Positions 49,742-59,726 of a DNA stretch of 64,000 bases are shown one piece after another. Position 1 is the first letter of the stretch; the number at the start of each line of letters is the position of its first letter. The DNA lies in the NCBI RefSeq assembly GCF_028368995.1, contig NZ_JAQNDL010000001.1, positions 1,376,001 to 1,440,000 of the forward strand, written 5' to 3'. Source of the DNA: Nannocystis bainbridge (GTDB lineage: Bacteria; Myxococcota_A; Polyangia; Nannocystales; Nannocystaceae). The translations under genes were made by a program, and so were the position numbers. Under the pieces are notes generated by a model. The model was given only the letters and a program-made list of their open reading frames with translations, was not told the origin of the DNA and did not search any database.

Positions 49742-52726
49742 TTAGTTGCTCTGCTCGAGCGCCGCGAGCAGGTGGGCCGCCGCGACGTCGCCGTCGACGC
49801 GCAGCTTGCCGCGCTGGTAGAGCGTGACGAGCTTGGCCTTGCCCTGCGCGAGCGCGGCCAGGTCCTCGTCGGCCACGGTGATCGTGGCGGTCGCCGGGCC
49901 GGCGGCCTTGTCGACCAGCTTGCCGCCCTGCGGCCCGACTTGCAGGAAGAACGCCGCGTCGGGGTTCTTCACGCGCAGCGCGATCGTGACCTCGGGGTCC
50001 GACCTGAGCGCCGCCAGCCTGGCCGCGGCCTGGTCGAGCACCGCCGGCGCCTGCGCGGCCTTCGGAGCCGCCGCTGCCGCTGCGGGAGCGGCCGCCTTCG
50101 GCGCGCTGCCGGGCTTCACCTTGCTCATGTCGATCTTCTTGAGGAAGCCGAGCTTCATCGACGCCATCAAGTCGCCGCCGATCTTCAGCTTGCCCTCGCC
50201 GAACAGCTTCTGCGGGTCGGCCTTGCCGGTCGTCATCAGGATGAAGTCGCTGTCGCTGAGCTCGAGCGTGCAGTTCGCCCCCTCGACCTCGCCGGCGTGG
50301 ACCTTGCCCGGGTTCGACTTGAGGTCGAACACGTAGCTCGAGTCGGGGTTCTTGAGCCGGAACTGGAACACCGTGGCGACCTTGGCCGGCAGCTCGGCGT
50401 TGCCCTTCACGAACTCGCCGATCGCCGCCATGTAGTCGGCGCTGGTCGGCGTCGAAGGGGCCGCTGCGGCCGCGCCGTTGCCGACGACATCGCCGCCGCC
50501 CGCGCCCACGCGGGCCCGCGCGGCCGCCATCACCGTCGCCGGATCGAGCTTGGTCAGGAAGTTGAGCTTCGTCGACGCCATCAGGTTGCCGGCGATCTTC
50601 ATCTTCCCGCTCATGTAAAGCTTCTGCGCGTCGGCCTTGCCCGAGCACATGTCCATGAAGTCGGCGTCGTTCAGCTCGAGGGTGCACTCGGGCGGCGCCG
50701 CCTCGCCGGCCGCGACCTTGCCGTCCTTGAGGTCGAGCGTCCACGTGCTCTCGGGGTTCTTCAGCTTGAACTGGAACACCAGCCCGGCCTTCTTGGCCTG
50801 GTCCGGGTTCTTCGTCAGGAACTGATCGATCGCCGCGAAGATATCGGCGCTGATCGGCGTCGCCTCGGCGCTCGCGCTCGCCGTCGCGGCGACCGGCTTG
50901 GCCTTCGGCTTCGGCTGCGGGATCTCCGAATAGAACTCGATCGCCGCCTGCGACAGCACCACCTTGTCGCGCTCCTTCAGCTTGCAGCGGAGGATCACGC
51001 GGTTGTCCGACTCCTTCCACATCTCGGTCACCAGCGTCTCGCCGGGGAACACGCTCTCGCTGAAGCGGACCTTGATGCTCTTGAACTTGCGCGGGTCACC
51101 GGCGGCGAAGTGCTTGATCACGTGGCGGGCGGCCACGCCGAGAGTGCACAGGCCGTGGAGGATCGGCTTGGGGAACCCGAACGCGCCGGCGAACGCCGGG
51201 TCGACGTGCAGCGGGTTCCAGTCGCCCGACAGGCGGTAGAGCAGCGCCTGGTTGGGCCGGATCTGCTCCTCGGCCACCGCGTCGGGCTTGCGGTCGGGCG
51301 GGGTGTTGCTGTCGCCCGACGGGCCGCGGTCGCCGCCCCAGCCGCCCGCGCCGCGGATCACCGCGCCGAGCTCGTTGTAGGCGATGATCTCGCCCGACTC
51401 GTCCGAGCTCTCGGTGGCGAACACGATGAACGCGTTCTTGCCCTTGTCGAAGATGTCCTTCACCCATGTCCGATGGGTCAGCTTGGCGTGCGGCGGCAGC
51501 GGGCGCCTCAGCTCCGTGTACTGCTCGCCGTGCAGCAGGCGGTCGAGGCCGAAGTTGAACCCGGGCGCGGTGTGGCCGTCCTTGAACGCCTGCATGATGC
51601 CGGTCTGGGCCGGGATCACGGCGAACGTCGGCAGCGGCCAGAAGCCCTTGCCGTGCATCTCGTAGACGTAGCGCAGCTCGGTGTCGTCGAGCGGATCGGA
51701 CGCCGCGCCGACGCCGAGCGCGTACATCGAGAGGTCGCGCTCGTCGTACTCGGTGGTGACCTTCGGCATCTCGTAGCCGAGCGCCTGGTCGACGTCGACG
51801 AGGTCGTTGCCGCCCTTGCTCGCGCCGGCGTTGACGTTGTCCATCACCGGGCCGAGCGCGGCGGCGACGTCGGCCGGGTGCGTGGCCTTGGCGAAGTCGA
51901 CGATCGTGCTCCACTTCGACTTGACGAGCTCGGGCGTGATGGCGCGGCCGAGGCGGACCGTGTGGCCCTGCGTGCGCTCCCACCGGAGCTTGCTGAAGAA
52001 CCCGCCGCCGACCTCGTACAGGCCCCCGGTGTCCTCGCACGACTCGTGCGACAGCCAGGCGACCAGCGGGCTGACGTACTCCGGCCGCAGCGCGTCGATG
52101 AGCTCCTTCGGCAGGATCGTCTCGGTCATGCGCGAGCCGGCGATCGGCGCGATCGTGTTGGCGCGCACGTTGTACTTGCGGCCCTCGAGCGCGAGCGTGT
52201 TGCTGAAGCCGACCAGCGCCAGCTTGGCGGCGCTGTAGTTGGCCTGGCCGAAGTTGCCGTAGATGCCGGCGGCGCTGGCGGTGAAGATGATGCGGCCGTA
52301 GCCCTGGTCGCGCATCTTCGGCCACGCGGCGTGCGACACCTTGAACGCGCCGTTGACGTGGACCCGCTGGATGATGTCCCAGTCGCCGTCCGTCATCTTG
52401 TGGAACGAAACGTCGCGGAGGATGCCGGCGTTGTTGACGACGATGTCGATGCGGCCGAACGCGTCGATCGCCGTCTGCACGATCTTGGCGCCGTCCTCGA
52501 CGCTGTCGTAGTTGGCGACCGCCTCGCCGCCCGCGGCCCGGATCTCCTCGACCACCTTGTCGGCGGCGGCCGAGCTCTGGCCGTCGCCGCGCGTGCTGCC
52601 GCCGAGGTCGTTGACGACGACCTTGGCGCCCCGCGAGGCGAACAGGAGGGCGTGGGCGCGACCGAGCCCGTTGCCGGCCCCGGTGATGATGGCGACTCTT
52701 CCGTCGTAGCGAAGCTCGTTGGACAT
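49742..52726 (-). CDS. Peroxisomal multifunctional enzyme type 2-like (SDR dehydrogenase + hydratase 2) with three SCP2 domains
   Basis: [42 protein letters not shown] and ILHGLC; three SCP2-like repeats ([36 protein letters not shown]). Confidence 0.92.
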   Translation of the reverse strand: MSNELRYDGRVAIITGAGNGLGRAHALLFASRGAKVVVNDLGGSTRGDGQSSAAADKVVEEIRAAGGEAVANYDSVEDGAKIVQTAIDAFGRIDIVVNNAGILRDVSFHKMTDGDWDIIQRVHVNGAFKVSHAAWPKMRDQGYGRIIFTASAAGIYGNFGQANYSAAKLALVGFSNTLALEGRKYNVRANTIAPIAGSRMTETILPKELIDALRPEYVSPLVAWLSHESCEDTGGLYEVGGGFFSKLRWERTQGHTVRLGRAITPELVKSKWSTIVDFAKATHPADVAAALGPVMDNVNAGASKGGNDLVDVDQALGYEMPKVTTEYDERDLSMYALGVGAASDPLDDTELRYVYEMHGKGFWPLPTFAVIPAQTGIMQAFKDGHTAPGFNFGLDRLLHGEQYTELRRPLPPHAKLTHRTWVKDIFDKGKNAFIVFATESSDESGEIIAYNELGAVIRGAGGWGGDRGPSGDSNTPPDRKPDAVAEEQIRPNQALLYRLSGDWNPLHVDPAFAGAFGFPKPILHGLCTLGVAARHVIKHFAAGDPRKFKSIKVRFSESVFPGETLVTEMWKESDNRVILRCKLKERDKVVLSQAAIEFYSEIPQPKPKAKPVAATASASAEATPISADIFAAIDQFLTKNPDQAKKAGLVFQFKLKNPESTWTLDLKDGKVAAGEAAPPECTLELNDADFMDMCSGKADAQKLYMSGKMKIAGNLMASTKLNFLTKLDPATVMAAARARVGAGGGDVVGNGAAAAAPSTPTSADYMAAIGEFVKGNAELPAKVATVFQFRLKNPDSSYVFDLKSNPGKVHAGEVEGANCTLELSDSDFILMTTGKADPQKLFGEGKLKIGGDLMASMKLGFLKKIDMSKVKPGSAPKAAAPAAAAAAPKAAQAPAVLDQAAARLAALRSDPEVTIALRVKNPDAAFFLQVGPQGGKLVDKAAGPATATITVADEDLAALAQGKAKLVTLYQRGKLRVDGDVAAAHLLAALEQSN

Positions 52727-52895
52727 GATGGCACACGCGGCATATCGAGCCGCGCGAGCGGCGTCAACCGCCGGCCCGCTGCGCCCTCCGCCCGGCCTGC
52801 CACGTGGATCCGCGCGCGCTCCGACGCGGCGACGCGGGCGCGGCTGCGGGCCCCCGCCGGCGTCGTTCGCGGCGCCCGTGATACAGTCGCCGGCG

Positions 52896-54086
52896 ATGCG
52901 GATCGACGAGCTGCGAGGCCTGCGAGACCTGCTGGCGCGCGGCGGCGGACCCGAGCTCGTGTTCATGTCGCTGCGCGACGGCTCGCTGCGAGGCCCGGCG
53001 CGCGCGCGGGCCCTCGCCGACGAGCTGCGACGCTGGTCGACGGTCGCCGCGCCCGAGCGCTACGGCGGCAACCCCGACGCGCAGGACCTGGCCAGACAGC
53101 TGCAACGCCAGCTCCACCAGCTCCACGCCGAAGCCCTGCAACGCCTGTCCTCGGGTCCGTCTGGCCCCGCTGCAACCGTGCAGTCCGGGCCTGCGACCCT
53201 GCAGCAGGATCGATCCCCCGCGGCCCTCCCGGCGCATGCTTCTGCGGACCCGGGTCCCTACCGAGCGGCGGCGCCTCCGCCTCCTGGTCTGCGGGTCGAG
53301 GTCGCCGGTGTGATTCGGGAATTCGCCGACCACCTCGGCGACGGGGACCTCGCCGCGATCTGGCGCGCGGCGGGTGACGACGGCGACCCGTGCGTCGCCA
53401 AGGTCGCGCTCGCGGCCGCCGACAACGACCTGCTGTTCAACGAGGCCGAGGTGCTGCAGCGGCTGCACGCCGGCGATCCGCGCCAGCGCGACCTGCTCCC
53501 GCGCCTGCACGATCGCTTCTTCACCGCCGATGGCCGCGCCGGCAACCTGCTCGGCCTCGTCGAGGGCCTCGACGGTGCCGCTTTGCGCGCCCGCTTGCCC
53601 GAAGGCGTACCGCCCGAGCACATCGTCTGGATCGCCCGCCGCACGCTCAGCGTGCTCGGCCACGCGCACGAGCGCGGCGTGCTGCACGGCAACATCGAGC
53701 CCGCGCACATCATCGTCCGCCCGCGCGACCACCGGGTCGTGCTGGTCGACTGGTGCTACGCGATCGTCGAGCCGGCCCGCACCGGCCAGGGCTTCCGCGC
53801 CGTGCACGACGAGTACAGCGCCCCCGAGGTGGCCCAGCGCGGCCCGCCGACGCCCGCCGCCGACCTGCTGTCGGTCGGCCGCACGCTGGCGTTCCTGCTC
53901 GGCGGTGACCCGCTGAGCCTCGACCTGCCGGCCCACGTGCCCGACCCGCTGCAGCGCTTCGTCCGCTACCTGGCCCGCCCGAGCCGGCAGCAGCGGGCCC
54001 AGGACGCCTGGGACATGTACGCCGAGCTCGAGCGGATCCGCGAGGCCGTCTACGGCCCGCACGTGTTCCGCGAGTTCTTCGTCTGA
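52896..54086 (+). CDS. Kinase-like protein (probable pseudokinase) with J-domain-like N-terminus
   Basis: VAK, LHGNIEPAHI, LVDW and YSAPEV motifs; N-terminal helical segment RRWSTVAAPERY. Confidence 0.75.
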   Translation: MRIDELRGLRDLLARGGGPELVFMSLRDGSLRGPARARALADELRRWSTVAAPERYGGNPDAQDLARQLQRQLHQLHAEALQRLSSGPSGPAATVQSGPATLQQDRSPAALPAHASADPGPYRAAAPPPPGLRVEVAGVIREFADHLGDGDLAAIWRAAGDDGDPCVAKVALAAADNDLLFNEAEVLQRLHAGDPRQRDLLPRLHDRFFTADGRAGNLLGLVEGLDGAALRARLPEGVPPEHIVWIARRTLSVLGHAHERGVLHGNIEPAHIIVRPRDHRVVLVDWCYAIVEPARTGQGFRAVHDEYSAPEVAQRGPPTPAADLLSVGRTLAFLLGGDPLSLDLPAHVPDPLQRFVRYLARPSRQQRAQDAWDMYAELERIREAVYGPHVFREFFV

Positions 54087-54087
54087 G

Positions 54088-54148
54088 CGTGTCCTCGAGG
54101 ACATGCTCATTCGAACATGCTCCAAAGAACATGGCGATTCGGGCATTT
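54088..54148. repeat. 14-bp-phased palindromic array
   Basis: Cores at 54088, 54102, 54116, 54130 and 54144, right after the stop. Confidence 0.88.
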
Positions 54149-54261
54149 TGCCGCCGACTCCGCCACGACTCCCCGCGTCCGGCGGCCGCCCGGCCGGAAT
54201 GTACACACCTCGCGCGGAACTGCTCTCCTACGAATTAAAGGCCATACCTCTCTGAATGGGC

Positions 54262-54290
54262 TTGACGCGGCGCCGGACCTCGCGGATACT
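54262..54290 (+). promoter_or_regulatory. Putative sigma70 promoter for the tRNA cluster
   Basis: TTGACG (54262-54267), 17-bp spacer, GATACT (54285-54290). Confidence 0.65.
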
Positions 54291-54300
54291 CCGGTTCGCC

Positions 54301-54396
54301 ATGTCGCGCCTCAATCCCAATACGAGCAATCCTGCTCGCTTCCGCGTCCTCGGCAACGAGGAACGGGAGCTCGAGCGGATCCTGCGCGGGGGTTGA
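54301..54396 (+). other. Candidate 31-aa leader ORF (MSRLNPNTSNPARFRVLGNEERELERILRGG)
   Basis: ATG 11 nt after the -10 box and TGA at 54394-54396; overlaps strong hairpins. Confidence 0.35.
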
Positions 54397-54432
54397 GTGA
54401 TGGGCCCGCGCAGGAGAATCTCTCCAGCAGAC

Positions 54433-54506
54433 GCGGGCGTCGTCTAACAGGCCAGGATCCGGGGTCCTCACCCCCGAGACGCAGGGTTCGAGTCCCTCCG
54501 CCCGCG
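54433..54506 (+). tRNA. tRNA-Glu(CTC), atypical or possibly pseudo
   Basis: Acceptor GCGGGCG/CGCCCGC, anticodon arm CGGGG-TCCTCAC-CCCCG, T-loop TTCGAGT. C at position 33 and a C-C mismatch in the T stem; no CCA. Confidence 0.7.
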
Positions 54507-54513
54507 CATCAGC

Positions 54514-54587
54514 GCTCTGTTCGGCCAGCGGTTCAGGCCACCTCGCTTTCACCGAGGTTCGCAGGGGTTCGAATCCCCTACAGAGCA
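54514..54587 (+). tRNA. tRNA-Glu(TTC)
   Basis: GCTCTGT/ACAGAGC, CCTCG-CTTTCAC-CGAGG, AGGGG-TTCGAAT-CCCCT; no CCA. Confidence 0.9.
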
Positions 54588-54603
54588 AATGTCGCGTCCT
54601 CCC

Positions 54604-54675
54604 GGGTCGGTAGCTCAGCGGGAGAGCGATGGATTGTTAATCCATCGGTCGTGGGTTCGATCCCCACCCGGCCCT
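54604..54675 (+). tRNA. tRNA with GTT (Asn) anticodon and atypical acceptor
   Basis: GGGTCGG/CCGGCCC, GCTC/GAGC D stem, ATGGA-TTGTTAA-TCCAT, GTGGG-TTCGATC-CCCAC; G1-C72 and U73. Confidence 0.88.
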
Positions 54676-54677
54676 CT

Positions 54678-54713
54678 ATTCGCGGCCCCGCGAATCGCAT
54701 GCTCATGCGATTC
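54678..54713. terminator. Overlapping hairpins between tRNA cluster and convergent cls
   Basis: ATTCGCGG-CC-CCGCGAAT and GAATCGCATG-CT-CATGCGATTC inverted repeats; no clear U-tract. Confidence 0.45.
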
Positions 54714-54747
54714 TCGGGTCGCACCATTCGCCGCGCCGCGTCAGCCG

Positions 54748-56013
54748 CTAAAGCTGCGACTTGATCGGCCGGACCAGCTTCTCGGCCAGCTTCTCGCGCA
54801 GCGGGCGCGCGAGCCACGTGGCGAGCGTGCACGCGCGGGCGCGCTGGAGGTCGGCCTCGAACTGGGCCGTCATGCGGGCGGCGAAGCCGGCGTCGTAGAC
54901 GTTGAGGCTGGCCTCGTCGTTGAGGCGGAACGAGCGGATGTCGAAGTTGGTCGAGCCGACCGAGACCATCTCGCCGTCGACGATCAGCAGCTTGGTGTGC
55001 AGCATCGTCGGCGCGTACTCGTGGATCTCCACGCCCGCCTCCAGCAGCGGACCCCAGCCGGCCTTCGAGGCCAGGCGCACCGCCTCCGAGTCGGTGTGCA
55101 CGCCGGGCAGCAAGATCCGCACGCGCACGCCGCGGCGACGGGCCGCCAGCAGCTCTTGATCGATGAGCGCGTCGGGCACGAAGTACGAGGCGGCGAGGTC
55201 GATGCTGCGCGCGGCGGCGGCGATCGCCATCAGGTACATCAGGTGCATGCTCTCGCTGCCGCCGGCCGGCGAGCTGATGAACAGGTGCGCGGCCATGCTG
55301 CCGGCTCGGGTCGGCGCCGGGAAGTACGGCTCGCCGTTCAGCACCTCGCCGGTGGTCTTGATCCAATTGTCGTTGAAGGCCGCCTGGATCTGCGACACCA
55401 CCGGGCCCTCGACGCGGAAATGCATGTCGCGCCAGTGCTCGGGGTCCTGCGCGTGGCCGGTCCACAGGTCGGCGATGCCGACCCCGCCGGTGAAGCCGAT
55501 CTGGCCGTCGACGACCAGCAGCTTGCGGTGGGTGCGGTTGTTGAGCCGGCTCAGGTTGTACCAGCGGAGCGGCCGATAGCGCTCGACGCGGACGCCCGCG
55601 CGGCGCATCTCGTCGAGCAGCGCGTCGTCCATCTTGAGGACGCCGGCCCAGTCGAGGATCACGCACACCTTGACCCCGGCGCGGGCGCGCTCGCTGAGGG
55701 CCTCGCTGAACTCGCGGCCGATGGCGCCCGACCAGTAGATGTAGGTCTCGAACTCGATCGTGCTGCGGGCGCCGCGGATCGCCGCGAGCATCGCCGGGAA
55801 GATTTCGTCGCCGTTCTGCAGGTCGACGACGCTGTTGCCCTCGACGATCGACGGCCCCAGCAGGACGCCCATCTCGCGCCGGAACTGCGGGTCGCACACG
55901 TCGTGGTGGTGGTGCACCCGCCGCGCCAGCTTCTTCTCCGGCGTGGCGAAATTCGCCGCCAGCACCGTCACCAACACCACGAGCGCCGCGGTCGCCACGA
56001 TCGTCTCGATCAT
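54748..56013 (-). CDS. cls: Cardiolipin synthase (phospholipase D family)
   Basis: Two HKD motifs (THRKLLVVD, LHTKLLIVD) and GSTNFDIRSFRLNDE. Confidence 0.92.
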   Translation of the reverse strand: MIETIVATAALVVLVTVLAANFATPEKKLARRVHHHHDVCDPQFRREMGVLLGPSIVEGNSVVDLQNGDEIFPAMLAAIRGARSTIEFETYIYWSGAIGREFSEALSERARAGVKVCVILDWAGVLKMDDALLDEMRRAGVRVERYRPLRWYNLSRLNNRTHRKLLVVDGQIGFTGGVGIADLWTGHAQDPEHWRDMHFRVEGPVVSQIQAAFNDNWIKTTGEVLNGEPYFPAPTRAGSMAAHLFISSPAGGSESMHLMYLMAIAAAARSIDLAASYFVPDALIDQELLAARRRGVRVRILLPGVHTDSEAVRLASKAGWGPLLEAGVEIHEYAPTMLHTKLLIVDGEMVSVGSTNFDIRSFRLNDEASLNVYDAGFAARMTAQFEADLQRARACTLATWLARPLREKLAEKLVRPIKSQL

Positions 56014-56304
56014 GCGCGCAGGCTCCGGAGGTCGAACATCACGGGGATCTCTCGAGAATGGGGCACGCCGGCGGGGACGGAGCTTCGCACCTCTGGTCGC
56101 GCGGCGAGCGAGCGGCGCGGCCAGGGATGCATGACGAAGCGCACGCCACCCGCGGCATTCGCCGCGCCGGCGTGCCGGTCACCGCTTCGCCGCCGCGGCA
56201 AACCGCGGCCCGGACACATCAGCCACGTCCGCGGACGTTCGTCGGCGTCACCGCGCCGTCGCCGTCACCGGGCGCGGGACGATCGCCGCGCCGCTGCTCC
56301 GCGG

Positions 56305-56396
56305 CCCGCATGTCCCGAAGCGCATGTCTCGAAGCACATGCTCTCCAGGACATGTCGGTGAATCTATGTCCCCGAGGACATGTCCCCATGCTCCTG
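56305..56396. repeat. 14-bp-phased array overlapping the SDR C-terminus
   Basis: Cores at 56309, 56323, 56337, 56351, 56365, 56379 and 56393. Confidence 0.9.
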
Positions 56397-57146
56397 CGGC
56401 GGCGACAGCTGCTGCCCGAGCCCGCCGTCGACGTACAGCTCGGAGCCGGTGGTGAACGTCGCCGCAAAGGCGAGGAACACGACAGCGCGGGCCACCTCCT
56501 CCGGCGTGCCGATCCGGCCCATCGGCGTGATCGCGTCGCCCTCGCGCTCGAACGCCGCCCGCTCGTCCGGCGTGCTGCTGGCCGTGCCCATCGTCGGCGT
56601 GCGGATGAAGCCCGGGCTGACCGTGTTGACGCGCACGCCTCGCGGCAGCAGCTCGGCCGCCATCACCCGCGCGAACGCCCCGAGGGCCGCCTTGCTGGCC
56701 GAGTACACCGCCATGCCCGGGGTCCCGCTGGTGCTGGCAATCGAGGTCGTGAACACGATCGACCCGCCCGCGCGCACCAGCGGCGCCAGCCGCTGCGCCG
56801 CGAAGAACGCCCCGCGGGTGTTCACTGCGAACGTGCGGTCGTACGACGCCGCGGTGACGCGGTCGAAGGGCTCGAGCTCGGCCACCCCGGCGTTGATGAA
56901 CAGCAGATCGATCCACTCGAGGCGCGCGCGCACCGGATCGAGCAGCGCCTCGATTGCCGCCAGATCGGCCAGGTCCGACTGCAGCACCCGATCGCCGAGC
57001 TCGCGCCGGGCCGCGGCCGCGTTGCCCGGATCGCGGCCGGTCACCAGCACCTCGGCCCCGCCGGCGCGCAGCAGCTTCGCCGTCGCCAGCCCGATCCCGT
57101 GCGTCCCGCCGACGATCACCGCGCGCTTGTCTGCGTGGTCCGTCAT
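56364..57146 (-). CDS. Short-chain dehydrogenase/reductase
   Basis: [16 protein letters not shown] and RVNTVSPG motifs. Confidence 0.93.
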   Translation of the reverse strand: MTDHADKRAVIVGGTHGIGLATAKLLRAGGAEVLVTGRDPGNAAAARRELGDRVLQSDLADLAAIEALLDPVRARLEWIDLLFINAGVAELEPFDRVTAASYDRTFAVNTRGAFFAAQRLAPLVRAGGSIVFTTSIASTSGTPGMAVYSASKAALGAFARVMAAELLPRGVRVNTVSPGFIRTPTMGTASSTPDERAAFEREGDAITPMGRIGTPEEVARAVVFLAFAATFTTGSELYVDGGLGQQLSPPQEHGDMSSGT

Positions 57147-58039
57147 CACCGCGCTCCGCCCTCGGCTGACGCCGCCCGCAGCACCTTGATCATCGCCGCC
57201 GGCGCCTCGTGACCGAGGCCGGCCGCCATGCCGCGGTGGAACGCCCCCGCCGCGAACGCCGGGAAGCTGCTGTCGATCGCCGCCTCGCGGGCCTGGCGAG
57301 CCAGCAGCTCCATGCTGCGCCAGCAGATGTCGAGCGACGCCTCGGGCACCTCGTAGCGGTCGTGATGGATCGCCTCGGCGTCGGCCCGGACCATCTCGGC
57401 GAGCGCCGGCACGACCGCGACCATCAGCTCGCCGAGCGCGTCGACCGGGAGCTGCTCCGACTCCATCAATCGCGCCCCGTGATAGAAGCCGAGCAGCGCG
57501 CCGAACAGGCTGCCGAGCACGCCGAGGTCGAACGCCGCGGCCGCGCCCGGCGGCTCGCCGGCGAAGCGGACCGCGGCCACGTCGGCGAGCACGCCCTCGG
57601 CCGCCGCGAACGCCCGCGGCGCGCCCGACGTCAGGATGTTCGCGTGTGGTCCGCCGATCTGGCTCGGCACCGCCAGGATCGCGCCGTCGAGGTACTGCGC
57701 CCCGCGGGCCGTCGCCCAGGCCGCCAGCTCGCGCGCCTCGTGCGGGGTGCCGGTGCTGAGCTGGACCAGCGTCTTGCCGACCAGCGAGACCGTCTCGAGC
57801 AGCGAACGGGTCGCCGCGTAATCGGTGACGCACACGATCACCAGCGGGCTCGCGGCCACCGCCGCCGCGGCGCTCGGCGCCAGCGTGACGCCCGCGGCTG
57901 CGAGCGGCGTCGCCCTGGCCGGGGTCCGATTCCAGACAGTGACGCGGCGGCCCTTCGACGCCGCCGCGCGAGCGAGGGCCGTGCCCATCGCTCCCAGGCC
58001 GAGCAAGGCGGCCTCGTGGGTTGTGGAGTGCGAATGCAT
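57146..58039 (-). CDS. NAD(P)-dependent oxidoreductase, imine reductase-like (6PGD superfamily)
   Basis: [28 protein letters not shown] and YLDGAI motifs. Confidence 0.85.
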   Translation of the reverse strand: MHSHSTTHEAALLGLGAMGTALARAAASKGRRVTVWNRTPARATPLAAAGVTLAPSAAAAVAASPLVIVCVTDYAATRSLLETVSLVGKTLVQLSTGTPHEARELAAWATARGAQYLDGAILAVPSQIGGPHANILTSGAPRAFAAAEGVLADVAAVRFAGEPPGAAAAFDLGVLGSLFGALLGFYHGARLMESEQLPVDALGELMVAVVPALAEMVRADAEAIHHDRYEVPEASLDICWRSMELLARQAREAAIDSSFPAFAAGAFHRGMAAGLGHEAPAAMIKVLRAASAEGGAR

Positions 58040-58154
58040 GCCCCAGGGATAGAGGCGCGGGCGGCCGCGGTCGCGCACGTTCGGACGCCGCGAGGACACG
58101 ATCGGACGACCGCCTGCGGTCAGCTCGCGCGCGCTCTCGGGTACGCTCGCGGCC

Positions 58155-58964
58155 ATGACCGGCACCGATCGGCTCGCGGCTCCCCTCGCCCCGCACCTCG
58201 CCCTCGAGACCCGCGACGCCGGCCTGGCCACGCTCGCGGCCTCCGCCGATCACCGCGTGCGCCTCCACGCCGGCCCGCCTTCGCACGGCCAGTGTCGCCA
58301 TCACCGCTTCGTCCACACGCGCGGCGAGATCGACGTCTACCCCGCCGGCACCAGCGACGAGTGGCACCAGGCCGATGCGAGCGTCGGGCTGGTGGTCTCG
58401 CTGGCGCCGGCGCTGGTGCGCCGGGTGGCCGAAGAGGCAGGTCGCGATCCAGCCCGCGTCGAGGTGGCGATGCGCCACCAGATCCGCGATCCGCAGCTCG
58501 AGCACATCGCCTGGGCGCTCGAGGCCGAGCGCGCGGCCGGTCACCCGGGCGGCGCGCTGTTCCGCGAGAGCCTCGGCCTGGCGCTCGCGGTCCGCCTGCT
58601 CGGTCCCGTCGCCGCCCCGCCGCGGCCCGCTCGCGGCCTCACCTCGCAGCAGCTGCGCGCCGTCACGGCTTACATCGAGGACCACCTCGACCGCGACCTC
58701 TCGCTGGCGACCCTCGCCGAGGTCGCCGGCCTCAGCGCCTCGCACTTCAAGACCTTGTTTCGCCGCTCGCTCGGCCTGCCGGTCCACACCTACGTGATCC
58801 ATCGCCGGGTCGACCGCGCCCGCGCGATGCTGCTGCACGGGCGCATGGCCGCCAGTCAGGTCGCGCTCGAGGTCGGCTTCTCGCACCAGAGCCACATGGC
58901 CCGCTGCATGCGCCGCGTGCTCGGCGTGACGCCGACCTCGCTGACGCGCCCGCTCGCGTCCTGA
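58155..58964 (+). CDS. AraC-family transcriptional regulator
   Basis: LSLATLA...LSASHF and [13 protein letters not shown]...GVTP; divergent from the oxidoreductase pair. Confidence 0.93.
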   Translation: MTGTDRLAAPLAPHLALETRDAGLATLAASADHRVRLHAGPPSHGQCRHHRFVHTRGEIDVYPAGTSDEWHQADASVGLVVSLAPALVRRVAEEAGRDPARVEVAMRHQIRDPQLEHIAWALEAERAAGHPGGALFRESLGLALAVRLLGPVAAPPRPARGLTSQQLRAVTAYIEDHLDRDLSLATLAEVAGLSASHFKTLFRRSLGLPVHTYVIHRRVDRARAMLLHGRMAASQVALEVGFSHQSHMARCMRRVLGVTPTSLTRPLAS

Positions 58965-58983
58965 AGCGCGCGACGGCCTGGCC

Positions 58984-59610
58984 TCAGCGCGCGCCGAGCT
59001 TGAGCCGCCCGCCGACGCCCTCGATGCGCGTGTACCCCAGCGGCTTGCCATCCTCGTCGGTGCGCACGCACACCTTCTTGAGCCCGAGCATGTGCTCTTG
59101 CAGCCCGACCTCGGGGTCGATGAGGAAGCGGCAACAACCGTCCTTGCAATCGACCTGATCGCCGAAGTCCCACAGGCCGAGCACCACGCCCTTGCGCAGG
59201 TCGCGATCGACCGCGATAAGGCCGTCGAGGCCGACCGCCTGGGCCGTCTTGCCCGGCTCGCTGCCGTCGCACGCGCCGCAGTCCATCGCCACCACGATCT
59301 GCGAGCGATCGTCGAGCAGCGCCGGCACCGGCGCGTCGCGCTCCACCAGCCACGCCGCCATCTGCCGCGCGGCCGCCTCCGCGGTCGCCGGCACCGGTGC
59401 TCGCGGCACGACATCCTCGCCCGCGATCGCCTCGGGCGCCGCGACCTCGGCCGCGTCCGCCCGCGCGGCGCTGTCCTCCGTCTCGACGCTCCTGGCCGCT
59501 CCTGCCGCGCTGCCGACCGCGGTCACAGCCTCCGTGCGCGCCGCGGGCTCGCCGCAATTCACAAGCACGAGCCACGACGACAACATCCACGCCAGGTCCG
59601 GTGATCGCAT
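58984..59610 (-). CDS. Hypothetical Cys-containing lipoprotein
   Basis: VLVNC lipobox-like; CGAC and C-terminal Cys cluster. Confidence 0.6.
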   Translation of the reverse strand: MRSPDLAWMLSSWLVLVNCGEPAARTEAVTAVGSAAGAARSVETEDSAARADAAEVAAPEAIAGEDVVPRAPVPATAEAAARQMAAWLVERDAPVPALLDDRSQIVVAMDCGACDGSEPGKTAQAVGLDGLIAVDRDLRKGVVLGLWDFGDQVDCKDGCCRFLIDPEVGLQEHMLGLKKVCVRTDEDGKPLGYTRIEGVGGRLKLGAR

Positions 59611-59726
59611 GCGCAAGGCTCCATCGTCATGCGTATCACCGCGGCCCTGGCCGGCAATCACCGCAGCGACAGGCCCGTGCGCGCGCGCTTCTGCTAGCCT
59701 GCGCGCCGAGCCGAGGATCGCCGCCC

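Noticed and set aside
48525-51020. 831-aa extended thiolase
   Set aside because: The real start is ATG 49706 with an RBS; the extension is an off-frame overlap with the MFE-2 gene.
56364-59414. 1016-aa ORF as one protein
   Set aside because: Only the last roughly 260 aa (SDR from ATG 57146) has motifs; the rest overlaps the IRED-like and AraC genes in other frames.
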